A stretch of DNA of 64,000 nt from contig NW_005434654.1 in NCBI RefSeq assembly GCF_000315625.1, forward strand, positions 128,273 to 192,272, in the 5' to 3' direction. The notes beneath the pieces were generated by a model. That model made no database searches and was not told the origin of the DNA. It saw only the letters and a program-made list of their open reading frames with translations. Shown piece after piece: positions 34,301 through 43,185 of this stretch; the first letter of the stretch is position 1; every line of letters starts with the position of its first letter. The translations under genes were made by a program, and so were the position numbers. This stretch comes from Guillardia theta CCMP2712 (lineage: Eukaryota; Protista; Cryptophyta).

Positions 34301-37300
34301 ACGGAGTGCAGGACCTGCTGGCGCAGGCCTTCGGGATAGCAAGGCCGGCGCTGTCTTGGACTTCGTCGGAAGCTCGGCTCAACAACGCGAGCGCAGCAGG
34401 GACGGCGTTCGAGGGGGGCCCGAGCTCGCTGTCGTACTGGTACGCTGTACGCTGGCCACTGTCGGGGCTGCCGCCGGGCGCAAGGAGCATGTACGACGAC
34501 GGGTGGTACTCGTCGGCGGTAGTGATGAGGGTAGGGAGGGGTCAGGTAGTGTGGCTGGCGTACGACGACGGGCTGGCGTCGACGGGGGCGTGGCAGGAGG
34601 TACTGAGGCGGGCGGTGGAGGCCGGGGGCCCCTGCGAGTCATGCGGGGCAGGGACGTACCGGAGCGAGTCGGAGCAGAGCTGCACGGCGTGTCCAGGGAA
34701 CTCGACGTCAGAGATCGGGTCGAGGTCCATGGAGGAGTGCGAGTGCAAGGCGGGGTACTACGGAGAGGCTCGGAGGAACGGAGGGAAGGGTTGCCAGGCT
34801 TGTCCTAGTAATTCTGTCTTGAGTAATCGATCAGGGCTTTTATCTCTTTCGGATTGTTTGTGTGCTTCTGGATACTATATGGATCTTGTCACGTTTCAAG
34901 GCTGCATAGCCTGTCCGTTGGGCTCGGATTCGTTAGTTGGTGGAATTGGGATGGAAAGTTGTACATGTGTTTCTGGTTTTGTTCCTTCAAGGAGTGGCAA
35001 TGGATCTTTGAAATGTGACTGTCCACGAGGATTTGTTGAATCCAGATATGGTGGGGGAAATGAGCATTTTCGGGAGTTATCTATTTATCCAGACAAGGCT
35101 GATGGGAACATCATTGTCTTTGATCTTAATCAACCATCGACAGATCAAATCCTGCGTTCAATTTCAACTACATCCTTGTCCGGCATTGCCCATTCACATT
35201 CACTTCTTCCGGTTTCCATTTCACTGGTAGTCTATGACAGGTCTGGGAGACACCTGGTATGGAACAAAACAATCACGTGGACCAAAATCCCTCAGATTGA
35301 AATTGAACTGATAAACGCTAATGAATGGAGATGGAATGTAAAGCGAATTCAAATGGAAAGTTACCCACCACAAACTGACACATTCCATAGAGTTCAAGGC
35401 ATTTTAAACCTGAGAATGTCTGAAATGTGCAGCCCTTGCGAAGAGGGATCATATTCTTTCCCTGGCGACAAACATTGTAGCATCTGCCCAACAAACACAA
35501 CAACGATTCCGGCGTGGGCAGGGTCTAACGCGACGGGCTGCGTCTGCAAGCTAGGCTACCGCGAAGACCGGTCGGGAGGGAAGCTGAGCTGTGTAGCGTG
35601 TCCGGCGGGGGCGCGAGCAGGAGTCGGGTCGGAGGAGTGTCGGTGCTGGGGCGGGATGGTCGAGTCGCGAGGAGCCGGCGGGGAGCTTGTAGGGTGCGGG
35701 TGCCCCGCGGGTACAGAGGCGGGGAGGAGCTTCGCAGACTGGAATAAGTACGCGGGAGTCGTATACGCCAGCCCCTACATGTCGTACTCGTACATGTCCG
35801 AGGAGCTCGTGCTGGAGTCGCTAGCGGCAGACATGGCCAGACTGATACAGGACGCCGGGGAGCTAGAGGGCCTGGTCAACAGCAGCAAGCCGATCCCTTA
35901 CATGGTGTTGCCGCAGCAGTCGTACTGGTACTACCCGTCGTACATGCAGGACATAGCGGCGATATCCAACTACACGATGAGAGGAGGGACGCTGGTGACG
36001 ATGGGCGACGGGGTACAGGACCTGCTGGCGCAGGCCTTCGGGATAGCAAGGCCGGCGCTGTCTTGGACTTCGTCGGAAGCTCGGCTCAACAACGCGAGCG
36101 CAGCAGGGACGGCGTTCGAGGGGGGCCCGAGCTCGCTGTCGTACTGGAACGCTGTACGCTGGCCACTGTCGGGGCTGCCGCCGGGCGCAAGGAGCATGTA
36201 CGACGACGGGTGGTACTCGTCGGCGGTAGTGATGAGGGTAGGGAGGGGTCAGGTAGTGTGGCTGGCGTACGACGACGGGCTGGCGTCGACGGGGGCGTGG
36301 CAGGAGGTACTGAGGCGGGCGGTGGAGGCCGGGGGCCCCTGCGAGTCATGCGGGGCAGGGACGTACCGGAGCGAGTCGGAGCAGAGCTGCACGGCGTGTC
36401 CAGGGAACTCGACGTCAGAGATCGGGTCGAGGTCCATGGAGGAGTGCGAGTGCAAGGCGGGGTACTACGGAGAGGCTCGGAGGAACGGAGGGAAGGGTTG
36501 CCAGGCTTGTCCTCCGGGCGCCTACTCCCCGAGGGGAAGCCGCAACGCTAGCAGCTGCCGATGCTCGGCAGGGACGACGTGGTTAGGGAGTGTCAACGGG
36601 TCGGCGCTGGCATGCCTGTGTCCGGATAATCATTACGGCCCGGTGGAGCATAGCACGGGGATCGACGTGACCTTGTATCCTGCGACGTCGGACGACGACA
36701 TGATCAGCTTCAGAGACGCCGGGGGCAGGACTTGGCTACAGACAGAGCTGGTAGAGTCGATCGACACAAGGAGGCTGCAGGGCTTCGGTCACTCTCACTC
36801 GGGCACACCGATCGACTTCTACCTCCGAGCCGAGGACGACCTAGGAGTCTTCGACATCTGGTCGGACTCCGGGACGTACGTGAACCTCCCTCAGGGCGTG
36901 CTGTACCTGCCACGCGGACGAGGAGCCGGGCTGAAGCGGCTCTTCCTGGACTCATACCCGTATCAGTATTTGTCCTTCCATGGGGTGTACGGGAGCGTCG
37001 CGGTCCAGGCCAGGCGAGTCTGCGTAGCCTGTCCCGAGGGGACGTACTCGCTAGCAGGAGACTCGAGCTGTAGGCCTTGCCCGGGTAACTCTACTGCTCT
37101 ACGTAACCTGACAGGGTCTAACGCGACGGGCTGCGTCTGCAAGCTAGGCTACCGCGAAGACCGGTCGGGAGGGAAGCTGAGCTGTGTAGCGTGTCCGGCG
37201 GGGGCGCGAGCAGGAGTCGGGTCGGAGGAGTGTCGGTGCTGGGGCGGGATGGTCGAGACGCGAGGAGCCGGCGGGGAGCTTGTAGGGTGCGGGTGCCCCG

Positions 37301-40300
37301 CGGGTACAGAGGCGGGGAGGAGCTTCGCAGACTGGAATAAGTACGCGGGAGTCGTATACGCCAGCCCCTACATGTCGTACTCGTACATGTCCGAGGAGCT
37401 CGTGCTGGAGTCGCTAGCGGCAGACATGGCCAGACTGATACAGGACGCCGGGGAGCTAGAGGGCCTGGTCAACAGCAGCAAGCCGATCCCTTACATGGTG
37501 TTGCCGCAGCAGTCGTACTGGTACTACCCGTCGTACATGCAGGACATAGCGGCGATATCCAACTACACGATGAGAGGAGGGACGCTGGTGACGATGGGCG
37601 ACGGGGTACAGGACCTGCTGGCGCAGGCCTTCGGGATAGCAAGGCCGGCGCTGTCTTGGACTTCGTCGGAAGCTCGGCTCAACAACGCGAGCGCAGCAGG
37701 GACGGCGTTCGAGGGGGGCCCGAGCTCGCTGTCGTACTGGTACGCTGTACGCTGGCCACTGTCGGGGCTGCCGCCGGGCGCAAGGAGCATGTACGACGAC
37801 GGGTGGTACTCGTCGGCGGTAGTGATGAGGGTAGGGAGGGGTCAGGTAGTGTGGCTGGCGTACGACGACGGGCTGGCGTCGACGGGGGCGTGGCAGGAGG
37901 TACTGAGGCGGGCGGTGGAGGCCGGGGGCCCCTGCGAGTCATGCGGGGCGGGGACGTACCGGAGCGAGTCGGAGCAGAGCTGCACGGCGTGTCCAGGGAA
38001 CTCGACGTCAGAGATCGGGTCGAGGTCCGTGGAGGAGTGCGAGTGCAAGGCGGGCTACTACGGAGAGGCTCGGAGGAACGGAGGGAAGGGTTGCCAGGCT
38101 TGTCCGCCGGGCGCCTACTCCCCGAGGGGAAGCCGCAACGCTAGCAGCTGCCGATGCTCGGCAGGGACGACGTGGTTAGGGAGTGTCAACGGGTCGGCGC
38201 TGGCATGCCTGTGTCCGGATAATCACTACGGCCCGGTGGAGCATAGCACGGGGATCGACGTGACCTTGTATCCTGCGACGTCGGACGACGACATGATCAG
38301 CTTCAGAGACGCCGGGGGCAGGACTTGGCTACAGACAGAGCTGGTAGAGTCGATCGACACAAGGAGGCTGCAGGGCTTCGGTCACTCTCACTCGGGCACA
38401 CCGATCGACTTCTACCTCCGAGCCGAGGACGACCTAGGAGTCTTCGACATCTGGTCGGACTCCGGGACGTACGTGAACCTCCCTCAGGGCGTGCTGTACC
38501 TGCCACGCGGACGAGGAGCCGGGCTGAAGCGGCTCTTCCTGGACTCATACCCGTATCAGTCTTGGTCCTTCCATGGGGTGTACGGGAGCGTCGCGGTCCA
38601 GGCCAGGCGAGTCTGCGTAGCCTGTCCCGAGGGGACGTACTCGCTAGCAGGAGACTCGAGCTGTAGGCCTTGCCCGGGTAACTCTACTGCTCTACGTAAC
38701 CTGACAGGGTCTAACGCGACGGGCTGCGTCTGCAAGCTAGGCTACCGCGAAGACCGGTCGGGAGGGAAGCTGAGCTGTGTAGCGTGTCCGGCGGGGGCGC
38801 GAGCAGGAGTCGGGTCGGAGGAGTGTCGGTGCTGGGGCGGGATGGTCGAGACGCGAGGAGCCGGCGGGGAGCTTGTAGGGTGCGGGTGCCCCGCGGGTAC
38901 AGAGGCGGGGAGGAGCTTCGCAGACTGGAATAAGTACGCGGGAGTCGTATACGCCAGCCCCTACATGTCGTACTCGTACATGTCCGAGGAGCTCGTGCTG
39001 GAGTCGCTAGCGGCAGACATGGCCAGACTGATACAGGACGCCGGGGAGCTAGAGGGCCTGGTCAACAGCAGCAAGCCGATCCCTTACATGGTGTTGCCGC
39101 AGCAGTCGTACTGGTACTACCCGTCGTACATGCAGGACATAGCGGCGATATCCAACTACACGATGAGAGGAGGGACGCTGGTGACGATGGGCGACGGGGT
39201 ACAGGACCTGCTGGCGCAGGCCTTCGGGATAGCAAGGCCGGCGCTGTCTTGGACTTCGTCGGAAGCTCGGCTCAACAACGCGAGCGCAGCAGGGACGGCG
39301 TTCGAGGGGGGCCCGAGCTCGCTGTCGTACTGGTACGCTGTACGCTGGCCACTGTCGGGGCTGCCGCCGGGCGCAAGGAGCATGTACGACGACGGGTGGT
39401 ACTCGTCGGCGGTAGTGATGAGGGTAGGGAGGGGTCAGGTAGTGTGGCTGGCGTACGACGACGGGCTGGCGTCGACGGGGGCGTGGCAGGAGGTACTGAG
39501 GCGGGCGGTGGAGGCCGGGGGCCCCTGCGAGTCATGCGGGGCGGGGACGTACCGGAGCGAGTCGGAGCAGAGCTGCACGGCGTGTCCAGGGAACTCGACG
39601 TCAGAGATCGGGTCGAGGTCCGTGGAGGAGTGCGAGTGCAAGGCGGGCTACTACGGAGAGGCTCGGAGGAACGGAGGGAAGGGTTGCCAGGCTTGTCCGC
39701 CGGGCGCCTACTCCCCGAGGGGAAGCCGCAACGCTAGCAGCTGCCGATGCTCGGCAGGGACGACGTGGTTAGGGAGTGTCAACGGGTCGGCGCTGGCATG
39801 CCTGTGTCCGGATAATCACTACGGCCCGGTGGAGCATAGCACGGGGATCGACGTGACCTTGTATCCTGCGACGTCGGACGACGACATGATCAGCTTCAGA
39901 GACGCCGGGGGCAGGACTTGGCTACAGACAGAGCTGGTAGAGTCGATCGACACAAGGAGGCTGCAGGGCTTCGGTCACTCTCACTCGGGCACACCGATCG
40001 ACTTCTACCTCCGAGCCGAGGACGACCTAGGAGTCTTCGACATCTGGTCGGACTCCGGGACGTACGTGAACCTCCCTCAGGGCGTGCTGTACCTGCCACG
40101 CGGACGAGGAGCCGGGCTGAAGCGGCTCTTCCTGGACTCATACCCGTATCAGTCTTGGTCCTTCCATGGGGTGTACGGGAGCGTCGCGGTCCAGGCCAGG
40201 CGAGTCTGCGTAGCCTGTCCCGAGGGGACGTACTCGCTAGCAGGAGACTCGAGCTGTAGGCCTTGCCCGGGTAACTCTACTGCTCTACGTAACCTGACAG

Positions 40301-42156
40301 GGTCTAACGCGACGGGCTGCGTCTGCAAGCTAGGCTACCGCGAAGACCGGTCGGGAGGGAAGCTGAGCTGTGTAGCGTGTCCGGCGGGGGCGCGAGCAGG
40401 AGTCGGGTCGGAGGAGTGTCGGTGCTGGGGCGGGATGGTCGAGACGCGAGGAGCCGGCGGGGAGCTTGTAGGGTGCGGGTGCCCCGCGGGTACAGAGGCG
40501 GGGAGGAGCTTCGCAGACTGGAATAAGTACGCGGGAGTCGTATACGCCAGCCCCTACATGTCGTACTCGTACATGTCCGAGGAGCTCGTGCTGGAGTCGC
40601 TAGCGGCAGACATGGCCAGACTGATACAGGACGCCGGGGAGCTAGAGGGCCTGGTCAACAGCAGCAAGCCGATCCCTTACATGGTGTTGCCGCAGCAGTC
40701 GTACTGGTACTACCCGTCGTACATGCAGGACATAGCGGCGATATCCAACTACACGATGAGAGGAGGGACGCTGGTGACGATGGGCGACGGGGTACAGGAC
40801 CTGCTGGCGCAGGCCTTCGGGATAGCAAGGCCGGCGCTGTCTTGGACTTCGTCGGAAGCTCGGCTCAACAACGCGAGCGCAGCAGGGACGGCGTTCGAGG
40901 GGGGCCCGAGCTCGCTGTCGTACTGGTACGCTGTACGCTGGCCACTGTCGGGGCTGCCGCCGGGCGCAAGGAGCATGTACGACGACGGGTGGTACTCGTC
41001 GGCGGTAGTGATGAGGGTAGGGAGGGGTCAGGTAGTGTGGCTGGCGTACGACGACGGGCTGGCGTCGACGGGGGCGTGGCAGGAGGTACTGAGGCGGAGT
41101 GTTTTGCTTTCTTCTCCTTGTCGAGACTGTCGATGGGTTCGTCATTTTTCACATCTTTCATGGTTTGTTCCAATTTTCCTGGACATTCGTAGAGAATGCG
41201 ATGCTGATGATGCTTTATCATCACACCGCTTCTTCAGGTCGTCGCTTCCGGATCTTTTTGGGCTAGCCAATTCTAGTTTTTCAGGATTTTTCTTCTATGC
41301 ATACGATGGCGGATCGGTTTTCCAGTCATCTATCATGGATGGTGGCAATGATATGTACGACGGTGGAAACAAGATTATGGTGTCTCAGAGCATGTTTTCG
41401 AACTCCTTGTTCTCGGGCTCAGTTCTTTCGTACGGGACCTATTATTTGGAAGCAGGCTTCGAGCTTTTTGTCAGCCTTCCAAACACATACCCACACGTAA
41501 CCGCGTTGTTCCTGCCAGGAGGTAACGTGAGCATCATTTGTGAGGGAAACACGGGGTCTGACGGGGGGGGCTTGGTAGTGAACTACCTCCTGACCTACAA
41601 CACCTCGATGACGCACGGAACGATCTGGGCAAATATCAACTATGGCGCTGGAGACCCGACGATAGGAGACGTCTGGTTCACCATTGAGTCATCGGCATGG
41701 GGATCTGAGCTGAGGGGTTGGGTAGATGGCCGGAAGGCGAGAGACAACGACAATTACCATCATTATGTCGAGGTGGAGGGAAAGAACCTTGTCTTCTGCA
41801 AGATCTTGCTGTCGAGAGTCAGCGGTCGGATCATCTATCCGTGGGAAATCACTGATTACATCGCACGCTATGCTGGAAGCATTCCCTTCGATCCGCGGGC
41901 AGCGGCGGTGGAGGATGACACGGTAGGGATGCGGTGCCATTTGAACGCGACTTGGGACGAAATCATCCGGGATCGCACCAAGTATATCCAGGGAGGGCTA
42001 GGACTCGAGATGGTGAGAGGCCAGACGGAGGTCTGGCTGTGCGCGTATCAACATGCATGTGCACCGATGGATGGAGATGCCATGTGCTTCAAGTACAATG
42101 AAAGCAGCAAAGAATTCATCCCGTGGGGGAGAAACTCTGACCTGTCCCTGGTTTAA
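31327..42156 (+). CDS. Giant (about 3610 aa) secreted Cys-rich repeat protein with GCC2/GCC3 (ephrin-receptor-like/TNFR-like) modules
   Basis: Uninterrupted 10.8-kb ORF. Signal peptide MLSLWRSRFFLAVWVLIPALVSA. Many C.AC P.G.YS / C..CP.NS.S..GS.S...C.C..GYY modules. Short 3' exons beyond 42156 are possible. Confidence 0.9.
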   Translation: MLSLWRSRFFLAVWVLIPALVSATWDCPDHARKADPRAPDDVAYCFCEPGYFGDLLLPGSSCQPCPGNSSYFGNDTLTIGACQCDSYFYGDLVANGSCTPCPRGLFSMPGSKSIGECMCLKIMEMQTYTNQSSQCVCPRNYFHNQETNKEAVELTYEPQSSSGNAIELIQRSHPAMIIAATRIITTKLTATGSAMYGTNFYLRAEDDLGVFDIWSDSGTYVNLPQGVLYLPRGRGAGLKRLFLDSYPYQSWSFHGVYGSVAVQARRVCVACPEGTYSLAGDSSCRPCPGNSTALRNLTGSNATGCVCKLGYREDRSGGKLSCVACPAGARAGVGSEECRCWGGMVETRGAGGELVGCGCPAGTEAGRSFADWNKYAGVVYASPYMSYSYMSEELVLESLAADMARLIQDAGELEGLVNSSKPIPYMVLPQQSYWYYPSYMQDIAAISNYTMRGGTLVTMGDGVQDLLAQAFGIARPALSWTSSEARLNNASAAGTAFEGGPSSLSYWYAVRWPLSGLPPGARSMYDDGWYSSAVVMRVGRGQVVWLAYDDGLASTGAWQEVLRRAVEAGGPCESCGAGTYRSESEQSCTACPGNSTSEIGSRSMEECECKAGYYGEARRNGGKGCQACPPGAYSPRGSRNASSCRCSAGTTWLGSVNGSALACLCPDNHYGPVEHSTGIDVTLYPATSDDNMISFRDAGGRTWLQTELVESIDTRRLQGFGHSHSGTPIDFYLRAEDDLGVFDIWSDSGTYVNLPQGVLYLPRGRGAGLKRLFLDSYPYQSWSFHGVYGSVAVQARRVCVACPEGTYSLAGDSSCRPCPGNSTALRNLTGSNATGCVCKLGYREDRSGGKLSCVACPAGARAGVGSEECRCWGGMVETRGAGGELVGCGCPAGTEAGRSFADWNKYAGVVYASPYMSYSYMSEELVLESLAADMARLIQDAGELEGLVNSSKPIPYMVLPQQSYWYYPSYMQDIAAISNYTMRGGTLVTMGDGVQDLLAQAFGIARPALSWTSSEARLNNASAAGTAFEGGPSSLSYWYAVRWPLSGLPPGARSMYDDGWYSSAVVMRVGRGQVVWLAYDDGLASTGAWQEVLRRAVEAGGPCESCGAGTYRSESEQSCTACPGNSTSEIGSRSMEECECKAGYYGEARRNGGKGCQACPSNSVLSNRSGLLSLSDCLCASGYYMDLVTFQGCIACPLGSDSLVGGIGMESCTCVSGFVPSRSGNGSLKCDCPRGFVESRYGGGNEHFRELSIYPDKADGNIIVFDLNQPSTDQILRSISTTSLSGIAHSHSLLPVSISLVVYDRSGRHLVWNKTITWTKIPQIEIELINANEWRWNVKRIQMESYPPQTDTFHRVQGILNLRMSEMCSPCEEGSYSFPGDKHCSICPTNTTTIPAWAGSNATGCVCKLGYREDRSGGKLSCVACPAGARAGVGSEECRCWGGMVESRGAGGELVGCGCPAGTEAGRSFADWNKYAGVVYASPYMSYSYMSEELVLESLAADMARLIQDAGELEGLVNSSKPIPYMVLPQQSYWYYPSYMQDIAAISNYTMRGGTLVTMGDGVQDLLAQAFGIARPALSWTSSEARLNNASAAGTAFEGGPSSLSYWNAVRWPLSGLPPGARSMYDDGWYSSAVVMRVGRGQVVWLAYDDGLASTGAWQEVLRRAVEAGGPCESCGAGTYRSESEQSCTACPGNSTSEIGSRSMEECECKAGYYGEARRNGGKGCQACPPGAYSPRGSRNASSCRCSAGTTWLGSVNGSALACLCPDNHYGPVEHSTGIDVTLYPATSDDDMISFRDAGGRTWLQTELVESIDTRRLQGFGHSHSGTPIDFYLRAEDDLGVFDIWSDSGTYVNLPQGVLYLPRGRGAGLKRLFLDSYPYQYLSFHGVYGSVAVQARRVCVACPEGTYSLAGDSSCRPCPGNSTALRNLTGSNATGCVCKLGYREDRSGGKLSCVACPAGARAGVGSEECRCWGGMVETRGAGGELVGCGCPAGTEAGRSFADWNKYAGVVYASPYMSYSYMSEELVLESLAADMARLIQDAGELEGLVNSSKPIPYMVLPQQSYWYYPSYMQDIAAISNYTMRGGTLVTMGDGVQDLLAQAFGIARPALSWTSSEARLNNASAAGTAFEGGPSSLSYWYAVRWPLSGLPPGARSMYDDGWYSSAVVMRVGRGQVVWLAYDDGLASTGAWQEVLRRAVEAGGPCESCGAGTYRSESEQSCTACPGNSTSEIGSRSVEECECKAGYYGEARRNGGKGCQACPPGAYSPRGSRNASSCRCSAGTTWLGSVNGSALACLCPDNHYGPVEHSTGIDVTLYPATSDDDMISFRDAGGRTWLQTELVESIDTRRLQGFGHSHSGTPIDFYLRAEDDLGVFDIWSDSGTYVNLPQGVLYLPRGRGAGLKRLFLDSYPYQSWSFHGVYGSVAVQARRVCVACPEGTYSLAGDSSCRPCPGNSTALRNLTGSNATGCVCKLGYREDRSGGKLSCVACPAGARAGVGSEECRCWGGMVETRGAGGELVGCGCPAGTEAGRSFADWNKYAGVVYASPYMSYSYMSEELVLESLAADMARLIQDAGELEGLVNSSKPIPYMVLPQQSYWYYPSYMQDIAAISNYTMRGGTLVTMGDGVQDLLAQAFGIARPALSWTSSEARLNNASAAGTAFEGGPSSLSYWYAVRWPLSGLPPGARSMYDDGWYSSAVVMRVGRGQVVWLAYDDGLASTGAWQEVLRRAVEAGGPCESCGAGTYRSESEQSCTACPGNSTSEIGSRSVEECECKAGYYGEARRNGGKGCQACPPGAYSPRGSRNASSCRCSAGTTWLGSVNGSALACLCPDNHYGPVEHSTGIDVTLYPATSDDDMISFRDAGGRTWLQTELVESIDTRRLQGFGHSHSGTPIDFYLRAEDDLGVFDIWSDSGTYVNLPQGVLYLPRGRGAGLKRLFLDSYPYQSWSFHGVYGSVAVQARRVCVACPEGTYSLAGDSSCRPCPGNSTALRNLTGSNATGCVCKLGYREDRSGGKLSCVACPAGARAGVGSEECRCWGGMVETRGAGGELVGCGCPAGTEAGRSFADWNKYAGVVYASPYMSYSYMSEELVLESLAADMARLIQDAGELEGLVNSSKPIPYMVLPQQSYWYYPSYMQDIAAISNYTMRGGTLVTMGDGVQDLLAQAFGIARPALSWTSSEARLNNASAAGTAFEGGPSSLSYWYAVRWPLSGLPPGARSMYDDGWYSSAVVMRVGRGQVVWLAYDDGLASTGAWQEVLRRSVLLSSPCRDCRWVRHFSHLSWFVPIFLDIRRECDADDALSSHRFFRSSLPDLFGLANSSFSGFFFYAYDGGSVFQSSIMDGGNDMYDGGNKIMVSQSMFSNSLFSGSVLSYGTYYLEAGFELFVSLPNTYPHVTALFLPGGNVSIICEGNTGSDGGGLVVNYLLTYNTSMTHGTIWANINYGAGDPTIGDVWFTIESSAWGSELRGWVDGRKARDNDNYHHYVEVEGKNLVFCKILLSRVSGRIIYPWEITDYIARYAGSIPFDPRAAAVEDDTVGMRCHLNATWDEIIRDRTKYIQGGLGLEMVRGQTEVWLCAYQHACAPMDGDAMCFKYNESSKEFIPWGRNSDLSLV
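31922..41097 (+). repeat. Intragenic tandem array, 1593-bp (531-aa) unit, six full or partial near-identical copies
   Basis: Copies at 31922-33514, 33515-34805 (partial), 35519-36814 (partial), 36815-38407, 38408-40000 and 40001-41097 (partial). Only scattered SNPs seen between them. Confidence 0.95.
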
Positions 42157-42290
42157 TCAGCGAAGTCAAGGAGACTTGTTGTCAGGTCCGAGCCATTTGT
42201 TCTCCGCCTCTTGTTGATTTTCGCGCCGCAGGTTTGCTGTCCTCAACACATGAACAAGCGCAAAAGAGTTGATGTTTTGAATCTGAGATA

Positions 42291-42399
42291 TGATAGTGAA
42301 CAATACAAAAGTTGCAATGACAGCATCTATCACCTGACTTCACAGGCTCAACAACCCGAGCCCCCGGACCACTTTGATCACATGAGCCTAGTATGATCA
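42291..42399 (-). ncRNA. Candidate Fanzor omegaRNA scaffold (structured region 3' of the Fanzor ORF)
   Basis: Three consecutive stem-loops about 155-265 nt downstream of the Fanzor stop. The position fits an omegaRNA, but the region could instead be 3' exon/UTR of the convergent giant gene. Confidence 0.3.
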
Positions 42400-42554
42400 A
42401 TCGCTTGAATTACATATGATTAAAATTCTTAGTTTTCCGTCGAAATTATGGATCATTGAAGACCCACGCACCAATATTGTTTTGTGTCTGACTCGTACTT
42501 ATCCTTTCTATGCCTTGAAGAACAGGTTGACGTATAATCAGACTCACGTGTGAT

Positions 42555-43185
42555 TCAAGGCCGTTTCAGAAAATCTGGTCGCGCTGGTAGAGACATGTAG
42601 CACAATAGAATATTCAAAGCAGCATTGATATCACGAGACTTGATACGGTTTTGAATACAATTGGTGGATCTGCACCATTTCAAACCCCGCACCACTGATT
42701 CTTTTTGATTTGTTTGCGTTCCAAATCATACAATTCTTGATGACATTGATTGCAATATTTTGTTGTTCTGAATTCGTCAACTTCCTTCAACTCGAAGAAA
42801 TTCTGACATCGCCTTTTGATCCATTTTACAGGTACTGATTTCTCTCCATGTCCAGTACAACCAATTGATGAATCACCGTATGCAATTATTGGACTTTGAT
42901 CTGAACGATCACCTTTCATCTTCATGAAGAACATATCAATTGCCTTGTGTTTGGGGATATAATTATCAATTTTCAGGCGTGCAAACTTGTTTTGACAACA
43001 ATGTCCAAACAAGATCTTGCTTAGTCTCACCACGGTGTCGATGTATCATTCATAGTGATCCAGCCGATACGTTTTTGCTGACACTCGTGCCATGTCGTTT
43101 GATTCTTCTGTTATGCCTTGTCTCCATTTTTCTAACTTGGCCCTTATTCTGAGTAATATGAGACTCATAATAGTACTGTCTGCGA
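42555..43185 (-). pseudogene. Fanzor1 (TnpB-related RNA-guided nuclease) C-terminal half, disrupted
   Basis: RRQYYYES..(frameshift)..KWRQGI..SAKT..(stop)..KFARLKIDNYI.K.KAIDMFF..PIIAYGD..GEKSVPVK..VDEFRTTKYCNQC..(frameshift)..VRGLKWCRSTNC..SRDINAALNILLCY..RPDFLKRP*. These are the Fanzor1-type RuvC-II Glu, zinc finger and RuvC-III Asp motifs. Confidence 0.88.

Noticed and set aside
32670-41224. Recurring small overlapping ORFs, or reading the array as CRISPR-like or as transposon copies
   Set aside because: These are alternative frames of the GC-rich coding repeat. There are no spacers, terminal inverted repeats or transposase motifs.
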